Assembly: GCA_012862495.1 (NCBI GenBank)
Contig: BLSG01000140.1
Location: forward strand, 1-43,652
DNA: 43,652 bases
DNA from: Thraustochytrium aureum
Taxonomy: Eukaryota
Direction of reading: 5' to 3'
Shown: piece after piece, positions 33,452 to 43,652 of the stretch
How the letters are laid out: every line of letters begins with the position of its first letter
Numbering within the stretch: position 1 is the first letter of the stretch
Notes under the pieces: model-generated
Database searches by the model: none
Told to the model about the DNA's origin: nothing
The model's input: only the letters and a program-made list of their open reading frames with translations
Translations under genes and position numbers: made by a program

Positions 33452-33476
33452 CCCTCTATCTTCCAAGACCCTCTAT
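33452..33476 (-). promoter_or_regulatory. Paired ATAGAGGG motif (17-bp spacing), inverted relative to the 2174 pair
   Basis: CCCTCTAT at 33452 and 33469 in the divergent FN2-PH / Sec24 spacer. Confidence 0.5.
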
Positions 33477-34277
33477 AATACATCCTTCCCCTGATTGTCC
33501 GCTAAACCAGCGCCCAAAGGTTTCGTGCAGCCCCGAAATAAGCCCAAGCCATTATAGAAGGGCAGTTTTGGGCCATTCATTAGGGATGCGGAATCGGTTT
33601 GAATACGGGGGGTTGGGTTAGGGTTAGGTGGGGTGAGCCACGTCACCTTGCCAAGCGACGGAGTATCCTCGGGAGCAGCAGGCGGGCTCTGAAGGAAGGA
33701 AGGCAGGCAGGCGGGCACGCAGGTAGGCAGACCCGGAACGGCGAGGTGCGGGAGGAGCGGCGAGCTGCGCAGACCCGCGCTAGGAGGGAGGCGCTCGAGG
33801 CGTTGAGGCGGGCGGGCGAAGGCGCTTCCAGTGTTTGACGGCAGCGCTGCCGTCAAGGCTNNNNNNNNNNNNNNNNNNNNNNNNNNNNNNNNNNNNNNNN
33901 NNNNNNNNNNNNNNNNNNNNNNNNNNNNNNNNNNNNNNNNNNNNNNNNNNNNNNNNNNNNNNNNNNNNNNNNNNNNNNNNNNNNNNNNNNNNNNNNNNNN
34001 NNNNNNNNNNNNNNNNNNNNNNNNNNNNNNNNNNNNNNNNNNNNNNNNNNNNNNNNNNNNNNNNNNNNNNNNNNNNNNNNNNNNNNNNNNNNNNNNNNNN
34101 NNNNNNNNNNNNNNNNNNNNNNNNNNNNNNNNNNNNNNNNNNNNNNNNNNNNNNNNNNNNNNNNNNNNNNNNNNNNNNNNNNNNNNNNNNNNNNNNNNNN
34201 NNNNNNNNNNNNNNNNNNNNNNNNNNNNNNNNNNNNNNNNNNNNNNNNNNNNNNNNNNNNNNNNNNNNNNNNNNNNN

Positions 34278-37222
34278 AGCAGCAGCAGCAACCGCGTCCG
34301 ATGGGTAACGGGATGCCCCAACAGCAGCACGCAGCTGGTCCAATGGGCATGCCCCACCACCAGCAAGCGCAGCCACAACCTCGTGGCCCGATGGGCGGCG
34401 GCAGCGGGATGCCTCCGAACCAGCCAGCGCGCCCTATGGGGGGGATGCCGCAGCATCTAGGTCCGAGGCCAATGGGCAGCATTCCGCAACAACAACCAGG
34501 CATGGGTGGGCCCGCCATGGGACAGCCGCAGCCGCATGGGCAGTGGCCTGCGCAGCCCGGCCCGCCGATGATGGCGAACCGCGGGCCACCGGGACCAATG
34601 TCGGCCCCGCCTCCGCGCGCTCAGGGGCCAGGGGGGTTCCAGCCCGTCCCGCAGCAGGCCTTCAACATGAACCAGCCGAACCACCAGCAACAGCAGCAGC
34701 AGCAGCAAGGTCAGCCGCAGGGTGGCCAACCCGCACGGCGCATTGATCCCGGACACATGCCGCGGCCAGCTCGCAAGACGGAGGAACAACCTTTCTATAC
34801 GCGGCAGGGCCTCGTTCAGGGCAAGAAGCTCATCCCGCAAGCCACAGACAACTTTGTTGCTTTAGACGACGGCAACGCGGCGCCGCGGTTCATGCGCATG
34901 ACGCTGAGCCAGTTTCCCTCGACTGGGTCGCTGCTGTCACAGTCCAAGATCCCGCTCGCGTGCGTGATGCAGCCTTTTTACGAGCCAGGCCCCGGTGAAG
35001 AGCCCGTGCCCGTCGTCGACGTGGGCGAGCCCACACGCTGCACGCGCTGCAGGGCATACGTCAACGTCTTCTGCACGTTTGACCACTCTGCGGGCTGGTG
35101 GAAGTGCAACCTCTGCGGATTCCAAAACCCGCTGCCAGCAGCCTACCAAGGCAACTACAACAGCATGTATGGCTCCTCAGCACAGCCCGAACTGGCCAAA
35201 GGCTCGGTCGACTTTGTCGTGAGCGGCAACTACATTTCGAGGCCGCCCCAGGAGCCCATTTTCCTCTTCGCCATCGACGTGTCCGCGGTGGCCGTCCAGA
35301 CGGGGACGAGCGCTGCCATTCTCCGCGCGCTGCTCAAGCTTGTCAAGGAGCACTCGTCAGGGGCGGCTACGATGATGGGCGGCCCTCGCGCTAGAATGTG
35401 CGTGCTCACGTTTGCCGAAGCCGTGCGGTTCTACGACCTGCATTCGCCCAACGAAACTGGCCACAAGACGCTCATCGTATCCGACATGGACGAGGGGTTT
35501 TGCCCGCTGCCCCACGCCCGGCTCGCCGTCAACGTCAAGGACAATGAGCAGCAGCTCGAGGCCCTGCTCGAGGCCCTTCTGGTCGAGTTTGCACAGCCTT
35601 CTGCTGAGAGGCTGCAGATGCTTCGTCAGCAGCAGCCGCAGCAGCAGGCCAACGCTTGCCTTGCTGGCGCCGCCCTGCAGGCCGCCGTGGACGGCTTGTC
35701 CGAGTGCGGCGGCAAACTCTGCTTTTTCATGACCCAGCCGCCGACCGAAGGCCCGGGCTCCGTCGAGGCGCGAAAGGAGGACCCACAGGCATATAGCAGC
35801 GACGCGGAGAGCAACCTGTTCACCTTGTCTCCGGCACTCGTTGAGAAGGTGTTCCTTGGCCCGCTTTCGCGCAAGTGCTGTGAAAAGCAGATCTCCGTCG
35901 ACGTTTACGCTTTCGGGGAGGACTACAAAGACCTCACCGCGTGGGCGATCCCGTCCAACGTGACCGGGGGCTGCGTTGTGCGCAGCTCGTTCCTGGGCCC
36001 ACAGGACACGCTTGCATGCTCACGCTTCGAGCAGGCTCTCGAGCACAGCGTGCGCCGGAGGGCGGCCCTGGAGGCTGTCCTCAAGGTCCGCGCGTCGACC
36101 GGCGTGAGGGTGGAAGAATACTACGGAACGGGCCTGAAGCGAAGCCGAGGCGGCGAGCTCGACATGGCGTTCATCGACGAGGACAACTCGAGCGTGGTCA
36201 TGCTCGACCACGACGGCTCCAACCTGGACTCCCACAAGGAAATCTACCTGCAGTGCGCTGTGCTCTACACCTCCGCGGAGGGCCAGCGGCGCGTGCGCGT
36301 GCACAACCTTGCCTGCGCGGTCACGAACCAGATCGCGGACGTGTTTCGCAACGCAGATGTTGATGCGATCTCGGTGGTCATGGCGCGCCAGGCGGCGGAC
36401 CGCCTCTTGCGCCCCGGTAGCCGCTTTGCCGACGTGCACGCCAAGCTCAACTCGACCACAGTCGACATCCTCTGCTCGTACCGCAAGTACTGTGCGAAAA
36501 ACCCATCCGGCCAGCAGCTCATCCTTCCCGAGGCTCTCAAGTTCCTGCCGCTGTACATTCTTGCGATCACGAAATCCGCCGCGCTACGCAAAAACTCCGA
36601 GCCCCTCAAGAGCCACAGGACGGCGGCGCAGTCGGTTCTCGTTCGCGCCGACGCGCGATGCGAAGCCTTCAACTGGACCATGCGGAGCTCGCCTAGAGAC
36701 TATCTGCGCTCAGTCTACCCAACCCTGTTCAAGCTCGCAGCCGACGAGAATCCGGCAGAGTTTCGACAAAGCCCAACTCGGCCCCGTCAACATTCACCTT
36801 TGTCCAGGGCGAGCCGACCGCGTACTTTGTCTCTAGCGGCACTGAAGCTGCCCTCATGCTCACGCCGTCCACGGACCCACGTATTCTTTCAGCAGTGCGG
36901 GTTTCCCAATTTCGAGGCGGCGGTCGCGGCCGCATCCCAGCCGCCAGGCGCTCCGCCGCTGGGATTGCGTGGGTCGCCGGGCGCGTCGCCGTTCTTGGCG
37001 ACAGTGCTTGCGGCGCAGCGCAACGAGACGGTCTTCCCGAAGGCGTCACCCTCGAGTCACACTGCGGCAGTGCGCGTAGTGGTGCAGGGTGCTGCTGACG
37101 AGCAGTACTTTCTCACGATGCTTTCTGAGGACGGCGTGGCAAAGCTCAAGAACATGCCTCCCTACGACGACTTCCTCTGCCAGTGCCACGCCTCGATCCA
37201 GAACATGATGCGCAACAACTAG
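34278..37222 (+). CDS. SEC24: COPII coat subunit Sec24; 5' end probably in gap 33861-34277; probable compensating frameshifts ~36780-36890
   Basis: P/Q/G/M-rich N-terminus, 'DDGNAAPRFMRMT', zinc finger 'RCTRCRAYVN...WKCNLC', trunk 'FLFAIDVS', 'EAVLKVRASTG', 'LQCAVLYTSAEGQRRVRVHN', 'QLILPEALKFLPLYIL', C-terminal 'EDG...YDDFLCQCHASI'. Confidence 0.97.
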
Positions 37223-37297
37223 CTCAAAGTACCTTTTTCAGCAAAAGCATTCACACGCAGCCAGCCTGCAGCAGATTCATCTCGGTCTTGGCGCTTC

Positions 37298-37646
37298 GCA
37301 ACGCGGCTGGTGTTGTTTGCGTTCTCGGCGTCAGGTCAGCTCACCATTTTCGGCAGTCTAGCCTGCGCCAGCCCAGAGCCCCGCCGTCGCCATTCCCATG
37401 CGTGCCAGCCAGCCCGATGTGGGCCAGCCATCCGCATGTCGCAACGCGGCTGGTGTTGCTTGCGTTCTCGGCGTCAGGTCAGCTCACCATTTTCGGCAGC
37501 CAAGCCTGCGCCAGCCCAGAGCCCCGCCGTCGCCATTCCCATGCGGGCCATCCCGACGAGGACACGCCATCCCCACGCGCGCCAGCCAGCCATCTCCACG
37601 CGTGCCAGCCAGCCCGATGTGGGCCAGCCAGCCATCTGCATGTCGC
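37298..37646. repeat. 143-bp tandem duplication, second copy with an internal insertion
   Basis: gcaacgcggctggtgttg...ccattcccatgcg begins at 37298 and again at 37441; both copies end ...gatgtgggccagcca...gcatgtcgca. Confidence 0.92.
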
Positions 37647-40386
37647 AGATCCTCGAAAATGAAGTGGACGCAACGGCTCTACCGCTCACCTGCACAAGAG
37701 CTCGACGAGCAAACGGCCTCCAAGGCCTCCTTCCTGCTGCGGGACGCGGGCCTGCGTCGCGGTGCGGGGCGCTCGTCAGAGCAGATTGATTGAAAAGCAA
37801 GCAGGTGGATTGGGCTGCCTCGCTGTGCGCTGGCAGCGAGATGCGCGCATCCAGGTCGAACGCAGCGCTGCTGCTGCTTGACGCCGACGCGCAAGCCAAG
37901 CTTGCCGAGGCGAGGCAGCGCGCCATCGAACTGATAATGCGGTACGACGACGGCAAGGCCGAGAAAGCCGGCGATGGCAAATTGGGGCTGAAGAGCGGGC
38001 CGCGTGCCGACGGCGGCGGCGCTCGCGATGCTGGGGAGGCGAGGGACGAGCTGGTGTACAATACGTACGCGTACGCGCAAAAGCTGATTGGCGAGACGGT
38101 TGACAATGGGTTCGCTGGGTCATCGCCTGGGTTCGCTGTGCTGGACCTACGGTCCAAATCGCTGAGCAACCAGGCGGACAGCCACGCGCTCGATGAGCTG
38201 AAAGCGTTCGTCGAAAACAGGCCGCAGCGGTCTGCCTCGCGCTGCCTCCGCGAGCGAGAGGCCAAGGCCCGTGAGGCCCAGCGCGAAGCTAAAGCGCGCG
38301 AGCGCCAGTCGGAAAAAGAGGCGCAGTTAGCGAGGCTTCGCGGCGAGGGCGGCCACGCCACGGCTGCAGGTCCTCAGCTCGTGCTTGGCGCCGACAAAAC
38401 GAGCAGCGGCAGAGGGGCACGGCAAACGAAGAAGAACTTCGTCAAGCTCAATATTGAGTCGCCGCGTCGTGAGAGCCCTCGCAAATCGCCACGGCCTGAC
38501 GGCAACAAGGGAGGAGCGGTACCGATGTTGGACCTCGGTGCTGTCAACCAAACCGAGTCGCCCAGGCCGGGAATCACCTCGCCGCGAAATAGCCCGCCAA
38601 GTGTGCTGGACCCAGGGCACCATGTCCAGGTGGCGTGGCGCGGCGTCCCCAAAGATCTGCAAAAGCTCTACTTTCGCGAAGACCCAGCGCATGGTGCGCC
38701 CCAAGCTTCGCCAAAGGCCACGCCGCAAGGCTCGGGAGAGCTTTCGCTGGGCCACGGTGAGGGCGAGTCGAAGGGCGACAACGAAGCCGTCCATGCCATT
38801 GTGGAAACCGTAGTTGTTGATCAAGAGGTACCACGCGTGCAAGAGGTGCTCTCCCCGAGAGAAAAGAAGCGCCGCGCTCTCGCGTTTCTTGAGAAGCACG
38901 GCGCGCTGGATGGGGGTGAAACTATTGGAGGCCAAAGGGTTTGGCTCGAGCGCCACGCAATACGACGCAAGTCGACGCGCGCGGGGGCAGCAGCCCGCCG
39001 CGAGTTGCAGCAGAGCGAACCAGAGACAGGGAACCAGTCCGCGCGCTCTGACGGCAAGAAGGGCAAGACCCAGTCTCATCGCTACGCAGAAATGTGCAAG
39101 CTGGCACGCGCGCAAATCCTTGCGGAACGAGCAGAGCAGTTGGCCCGCATGAAGGAGCGACGCGAAGCGGCGCTGGTGCTGCAGCGCTCGCTCCGCCGCT
39201 ACGTGCGCAAGATAAAGTCCCGTCGTTGCCTGGACCTGGAGGAGGCGGTCGAGCTGCAGCGCAAAAACGTTCTGGCGAGCAAGCTGCAGAGCGCGTTTCG
39301 CGGGTACAGGGCCCGCGTCGTGGTTGCCAGCGTTTTGTCAGAACAGACCGAGGCAGCGCGCAAGGTCCAGCGCATGATCCGTAACTCGTACAACTGGAAA
39401 CGACTCTTGCAGGAACGACTTCAAGTGAGGCAGCGCAAGGCAGCAGTCCAAAACGAAGCAGACAGTGAGCACTACGCCTGGGTCCAGCGCGCAATGTCGC
39501 GGAGCAAGCTGGAGGACTCGTTCCGCAGGACTTCAGTGCTTGGGCCCTCCGCCGCAAGCGTCCGAGATTGGATCATCTTTGCGCCAAAAGTCAACTCCTC
39601 AGCAGACCTCCGCGCAGCAACAGGCGCTAAGGGGCTTGCTGCGCGCAGGAGGGGGCACGCGAGCAAGCTTGGCAGCGACGGCCTCCAAGTCGATCAGAGC
39701 GACCAAGCAGAGTTGATCTCTGAGGAGAGCGAAAGCGACAGCGCTGAATCCGCTGTGGATGCGACCGAGGCACTTCTCCCCAAGCGTAGCTCGAAAGTGG
39801 GGCTGCCAAAGATCAAGCCAGAGCGACGCCTCAGCGTCGGGTCTCGGTCTGGATCAGGTCTGAAGGCAAAGCAGCGGAAGCGCCGACAAAGCCTTTCAGG
39901 TCTGACCAATATTCCCCGACTCAGACAGGCCAACGAGCGGCCTGAGGGGCACAAGCCATTTGACCACGACGAAGGCGCTCCCAGTCCCAGCGGTCAAGCG
40001 GCGGAACCTGTTCAGGCGAGGCGACCGTCGGTTGCGCGTCGCGTACAACGAGCCCCATTCCGCCCAAGGCCAGCTTCGCCACGCGGCAGCATGATTGGGC
40101 TTCAGCCTGCAGTTGTGCAGCACTGGGACGCGCACCGGATGGCTGCGTTCTCAGAGCGCCTGGCGAGCAACGCGACGGAGCCTGGGGAAGTTGAGGCAAT
40201 GAACTACCTTGCGTCGTCGGAGCTGTTGCAGCGCATCGAGATGACGCAAGGACGCGCTCGCAGCCTGAAAAGTCGCTTGCGGAAATCGCCAAGGTCGAGA
40301 AGCAGCTCCCAGCACTGCGTTTCGCTGAACTCGAGCGCCTGGACGCAGCGGTTAGCGGCAGCGACACGTCCGCTCTTCAGCGATAA
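37640..40386 (+). CDS. IQ-motif (calmodulin-binding) coiled-coil protein; apparent frameshifts ~37686, ~37790, ~40277
   Basis: IQ-like 'LVLQRSLRRYVRK', 'SKLQSAFRGYRARV', 'RKVQRMIRNSYNWK'. Shifting frame at ~40277 gives a protein-like end 'AEIAKVEKQLPALRFAELERLDAAVSGSDTSALQR*' at 40386. Ends inferred. Confidence 0.6.
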
Positions 40387-40993
40387 TCGTTGGCGCTCTC
40401 TGTGCTCGCGCGCGGGTCGGTGCCGGTCGCAAGTGCCTGCTGGGAGGAGCTTGGTGTGCGGCCGCGTTGGTTGCGCCTTGCAAGCGCCCCTGGTGACGCG
40501 CTTCTCTATGACCGAGGACTCGCTCAGTGAGGAGGCAACCACCGTGATAAGGATGGGAGCAGAGGAACGCTGCCGAGTCGACAATGCCCAGGCCAGCCTG
40601 ACGCAGCCTTCAATGCTCGTCGAAGGACCCGGCTGCGTCGACGGCACGACACGACGGTCTTTTGCGGCAATCAACGAGGCGGGGCTGGTCTTCCCTTGGC
40701 GATTCGAGAAGACGGGAAGGCCGCACGGGCACATCTTTCTGGATACCGAAGTGCTGGGGCTGAATATCTTCTTGGTATCTTGGTTGTTGTGGTTCTAGCG
40801 GATGTTGTTGGTGGCGGTTTCAGGATTGTGCTCGATTGCCGGCGCCGGGGCACGCCCGCTAGAGCGAGGCCGCACGCCATGCGGCAAGGGAAGAATGGTA
40901 TCTTCAGTCCCGAGACTCTGCGGCCACCCGCCAGGAAGTAGTGCGTGTCCGACACTCCAAGGGAGGCTCTTACTTGGGCATTGTCTGCTGGAG

Positions 40994-42598
40994 CTACTGG
41001 GCGGGATCGGTTCCGGTCGGCCAGGGCTCGTCCATCTGGTCGAGATACGCGGCGTCCACCTGGATCTGCCGAAGGTTGATGTACTCGTACCGGTTAAGGT
41101 CCATCTCCGACGGCACGTAACGGTAGTTGACCATCATGCCGAAGCTTTTTAAAATGGAACTCTCGTTGGTGTCCGCAAGCCAGTTAATCTTGGCGATTCG
41201 GGCCCCGTTGTTGAGGTGAAAGTTGGCCACGTTGCATGCCAACGCCCCGGGCCGCAACTTGTGGCGCGTGTCTGCTACGTAGTGGCCGGCGAGCTTGAGC
41301 ATTGGGCGACGGAGCTCCTCGCTGAGCTCCCGGTTCTCGAACCACTTGGGGTTTGCGAGTTTGGCCCGCAGGATCGCGCCAATCGACATTTCGGTGTGGT
41401 CGAGCGCCTTCACCTCGGCGATGAGCGACGGCCCGAGCGCGAGCTCGATAGCGTCGTCGCTCTGCCCTTCGAACCATTTGGCAAACGCAGGGATCGGCGA
41501 AAGCGTCGAGAACAGCTTGATGGACGGATGCATCTCCTGGAGGCGTCGAACAGTATCAAGCAGTAGCGTGTTGCCCACAAGCATTCCCTGCGTGCCGGTC
41601 TCGGCGTTGTTGATCGAGTAAAAGATAGCCGCCTCTGGCTTGCCAATCACCGGCTCGCCCTCGGCGCGATCGCGAATCGGTCCGATCTGACGCAAGAGCC
41701 CGTTAGCAAAAGCCACGTGCACGAACGCAAGCGGCTGCCCCTTGAGGACGTGGCTGAAGATCGCGAAGCAACGCCTGTTCCCCGTCAAGCGCAACTTGAG
41801 CTCGTCGAGGGACGTGCACGGGTGCACGCCATCCGCCCTCATGATTCTTGTCAGGAGGTTTTCTGGCATGTCTTCACTCACGCGATGCACAAACGTGCCC
41901 GCCGAACCCATGAACGGAACGATCTTGCTGCGCAACACGTTGTCCAGGTCACTGTACTCCGCCTGGTGGATCTTGAGGCGGTCGCGAAGTTGGATCAAGT
42001 CTCCACGCATGGATACGACCAGCCGAAGTCCGTTAGGGCAGTGTTGCAGGGCCGCTTCCACCAGCCTTGGAACGATGCCTGCGCGAGCGTGCAACAGGAC
42101 GCTCTGAAACAGCTTTTGCCGCTCCCGAAGCCTGAGCGTTTTGTACGCGGCGAAGTAGGCCTTGGTCGCCCGATCCCGCGGAAGCTTGGCAAGCAGTGTG
42201 TGCGAGGGGTTGCAGAACGTGATGTTCGGGTAATTGGTGATGTAGTACACGAGACCGCGCATCGTGGCGCGGCCGGTGCCCTCGCGCGCGGAGGTACGCA
42301 CAACCTCTTCCACAAACATCTCGAACACATCCGCCCCCATCACCTTCTCCAACTCTTTGCCCCAGATGGTGGCCTAATCTCCTCGTTCACCACCGCAGGC
42401 TTGAGCGTGCTCGCTTCGTTGCCCCACCCCTCGTGTGCCGCCACCTCCGACGCGTCCTGGCCATCCTTCGTACAAAGGAGCCTCCTCCCTGCCTGTCCCG
42501 CTCCACAGCTGCGCCGCGCCTGCGACAGCGGGGGCGCCCACCTTGGTCGTCCACCACCGCGTGGCGAGCCCCTTGCCGGCCCACAGCCCGAGCATCAT
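40994..42598 (-). CDS. MLYCD: Malonyl-CoA decarboxylase; N-terminus (possible mitochondrial presequence from ATG 42598) broken by indels
   Basis: 'DGVHP...ELKLRLTGNRRCFAIF...PLAFVHVA', 'AIFYSINN', 'GNTLL', 'FSTLSPIPAF', 'VANFHLNNGA...INWLAD', 'SFGMMVNYRY'. Confidence 0.92.
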
Positions 42599-43026
42599 CC
42601 TCGCACCAACCGAACACCCGCGCCGCCCTGGCCTCCTGCCTGGCCTCCTGCCTGGCCTCCTGCCTGCGCGCTGCTNNNNNNNNNNNNNNNNNNNNNNNNN
42701 NNNNNNNNNNNNNNNNNNNNNNNNNNNNNNNNNNNNNNNNNNNNNNNNNNNNNNNNNNNNNNNNNNNNNNNNNNNNNNNNNNNNNNNNNNNNNNNNNNNN
42801 NNNNNNNNNNNNNNNNNNNNNNNNNNNNNNNNNNNNNNNNNNNNNNNNNNNNNNNNNNNNNNNNNNNNNNNNNNNNNNNNNNNNNNNNNNNNNNNNNNNN
42901 NNNNNNNNNNNNNNNNNNNNNNNNNNNNNNNNNNNNNNNNNNNNNNNNNNNNNNNNNNNNNNNNNNNNNNNNNNNNNNNNNNNNNNNNNNNNNNNNNNNN
43001 NNNNNNNNNNNNNNNNNNNNNNNNNN

Positions 43027-43600
43027 GTGCGTGCCTCAAGCTGGGAAGCCCCTGGTGCTGCTGCTGCTGCTGGTAGTGCTGTGGTGGTGGTGCTGGTGCT
43101 GCCTGTGCGTCGCTTGGCGGGCGGCCGGGCGGGATGGGAAATGTGATGCTCCTGAGCGTCGCCTGATGATCGGGATGCGGAGGCTGCCGCCACTGCTGGT
43201 GGTGCTGGTGATGCTGTGCGTCGATTGGCGGTATGGGCCCGTGATGCTGCTGCTGCTGCTGCTGCTGCTGCAGTGCGCTGCTTGGCGGGCGGGATCTGAA
43301 ATGTGATGCTCCTGAGCGTTGTCTGATGATCGGGATGCTGCTGCCGCTGCTGCTGGTGATGATGATGGTGCTGCTGCTGCTGCTGTGCGTCGGTTGGAGT
43401 TTGCGATCTGGATTGTGCTGCTGCTATGATTGTCGCTTGGCGGTCGGGATCTGAAACGTGAGCCTGCTTGCGGATTGACTTTTCGGACGCAAGTGCTGCT
43501 ACGACTGCTGCGCACCGCCTTGCGTTCTGGATGCAAATGCCCCCGCTGCTGCGCGTCGCTTGGCGTTCGCGATCTGAACTGAATTGCTCTGCTGCTCCCA
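43027..43600. repeat. Degenerate minisatellite (4 units, ~120-170 bp) with CTG/GTG/ATG triplet tracts
   Basis: Core CTTGGCG..CG(G/C)GAT..GAA at ~43113, 43281, 43436, 43558; the first two share atgtgatgctcctgagcgt.g.ctgatgatcgggatgc. Confidence 0.75.
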
Positions 43601-43652
43601 CTTTGGTGCGCCGATTGGGGCTGGTGTTCAAGCACCGTGAATTCTTCTGCTT

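Noticed and set aside
33610..33630. TTAGGG repeats as a true telomere or chromosome-fusion scar
   Set aside because: Only about two units inside a promoter region; too short
40387..40798. C-terminal ~170 aa of ORF 37790..40798, including a TM-like end
   Set aside because: Composition turns non-protein-like after ~40277, where a one-base shift gives a plausible helical terminus at 40386
1..43652. tRNA, rRNA, transposase, retroelement or viral genes
   Set aside because: No cloverleaf, rRNA-like, RT/integrase/DDE or capsid motifs recognised by eye; the contents of the eight gaps are unknown

Overview
GC-rich, gene-dense, intron-poor eukaryotic genomic scaffold with 8 N-gaps and many single-base indels, mostly at short homopolymers, that split real genes. 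A Zn2Cys6 transcription factor, cilium-type proteins, GT-AG introns and (GCAG)n/(CTG)n microsatellites suggest a stramenopile protist, possibly a thraustochytrid (inference only). About 13 protein-coding genes: OSCA/CSC1-like channel (partial, absent from the ORF track), NACHT P-loop/coiled-coil protein, TPR-like sulfotransferase with signal peptide and RDEL, RhoGAP-like/SH3 protein, a ~2250-aa BPI/TULIP-like-repeat protein fused to two PqiA-type membrane domains, Zn2Cys6 factor with a PAS-like segment, ABCG half-transporter, CENP-L, head-to-head RPL13/RPS16, an FN2-mucin-TM-PH receptor-like protein, Sec24, an IQ-motif protein and malonyl-CoA decarboxylase. The best candidate for an undescribed system is the TULIP-repeat/PqiA fusion, a possible one-chain eukaryotic lipid-transport conduit. 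Also notable is a recurring CGTCA-array plus ATAGAGGG module in divergent promoters. All family calls are from motif recognition by eye; no database searches were run.
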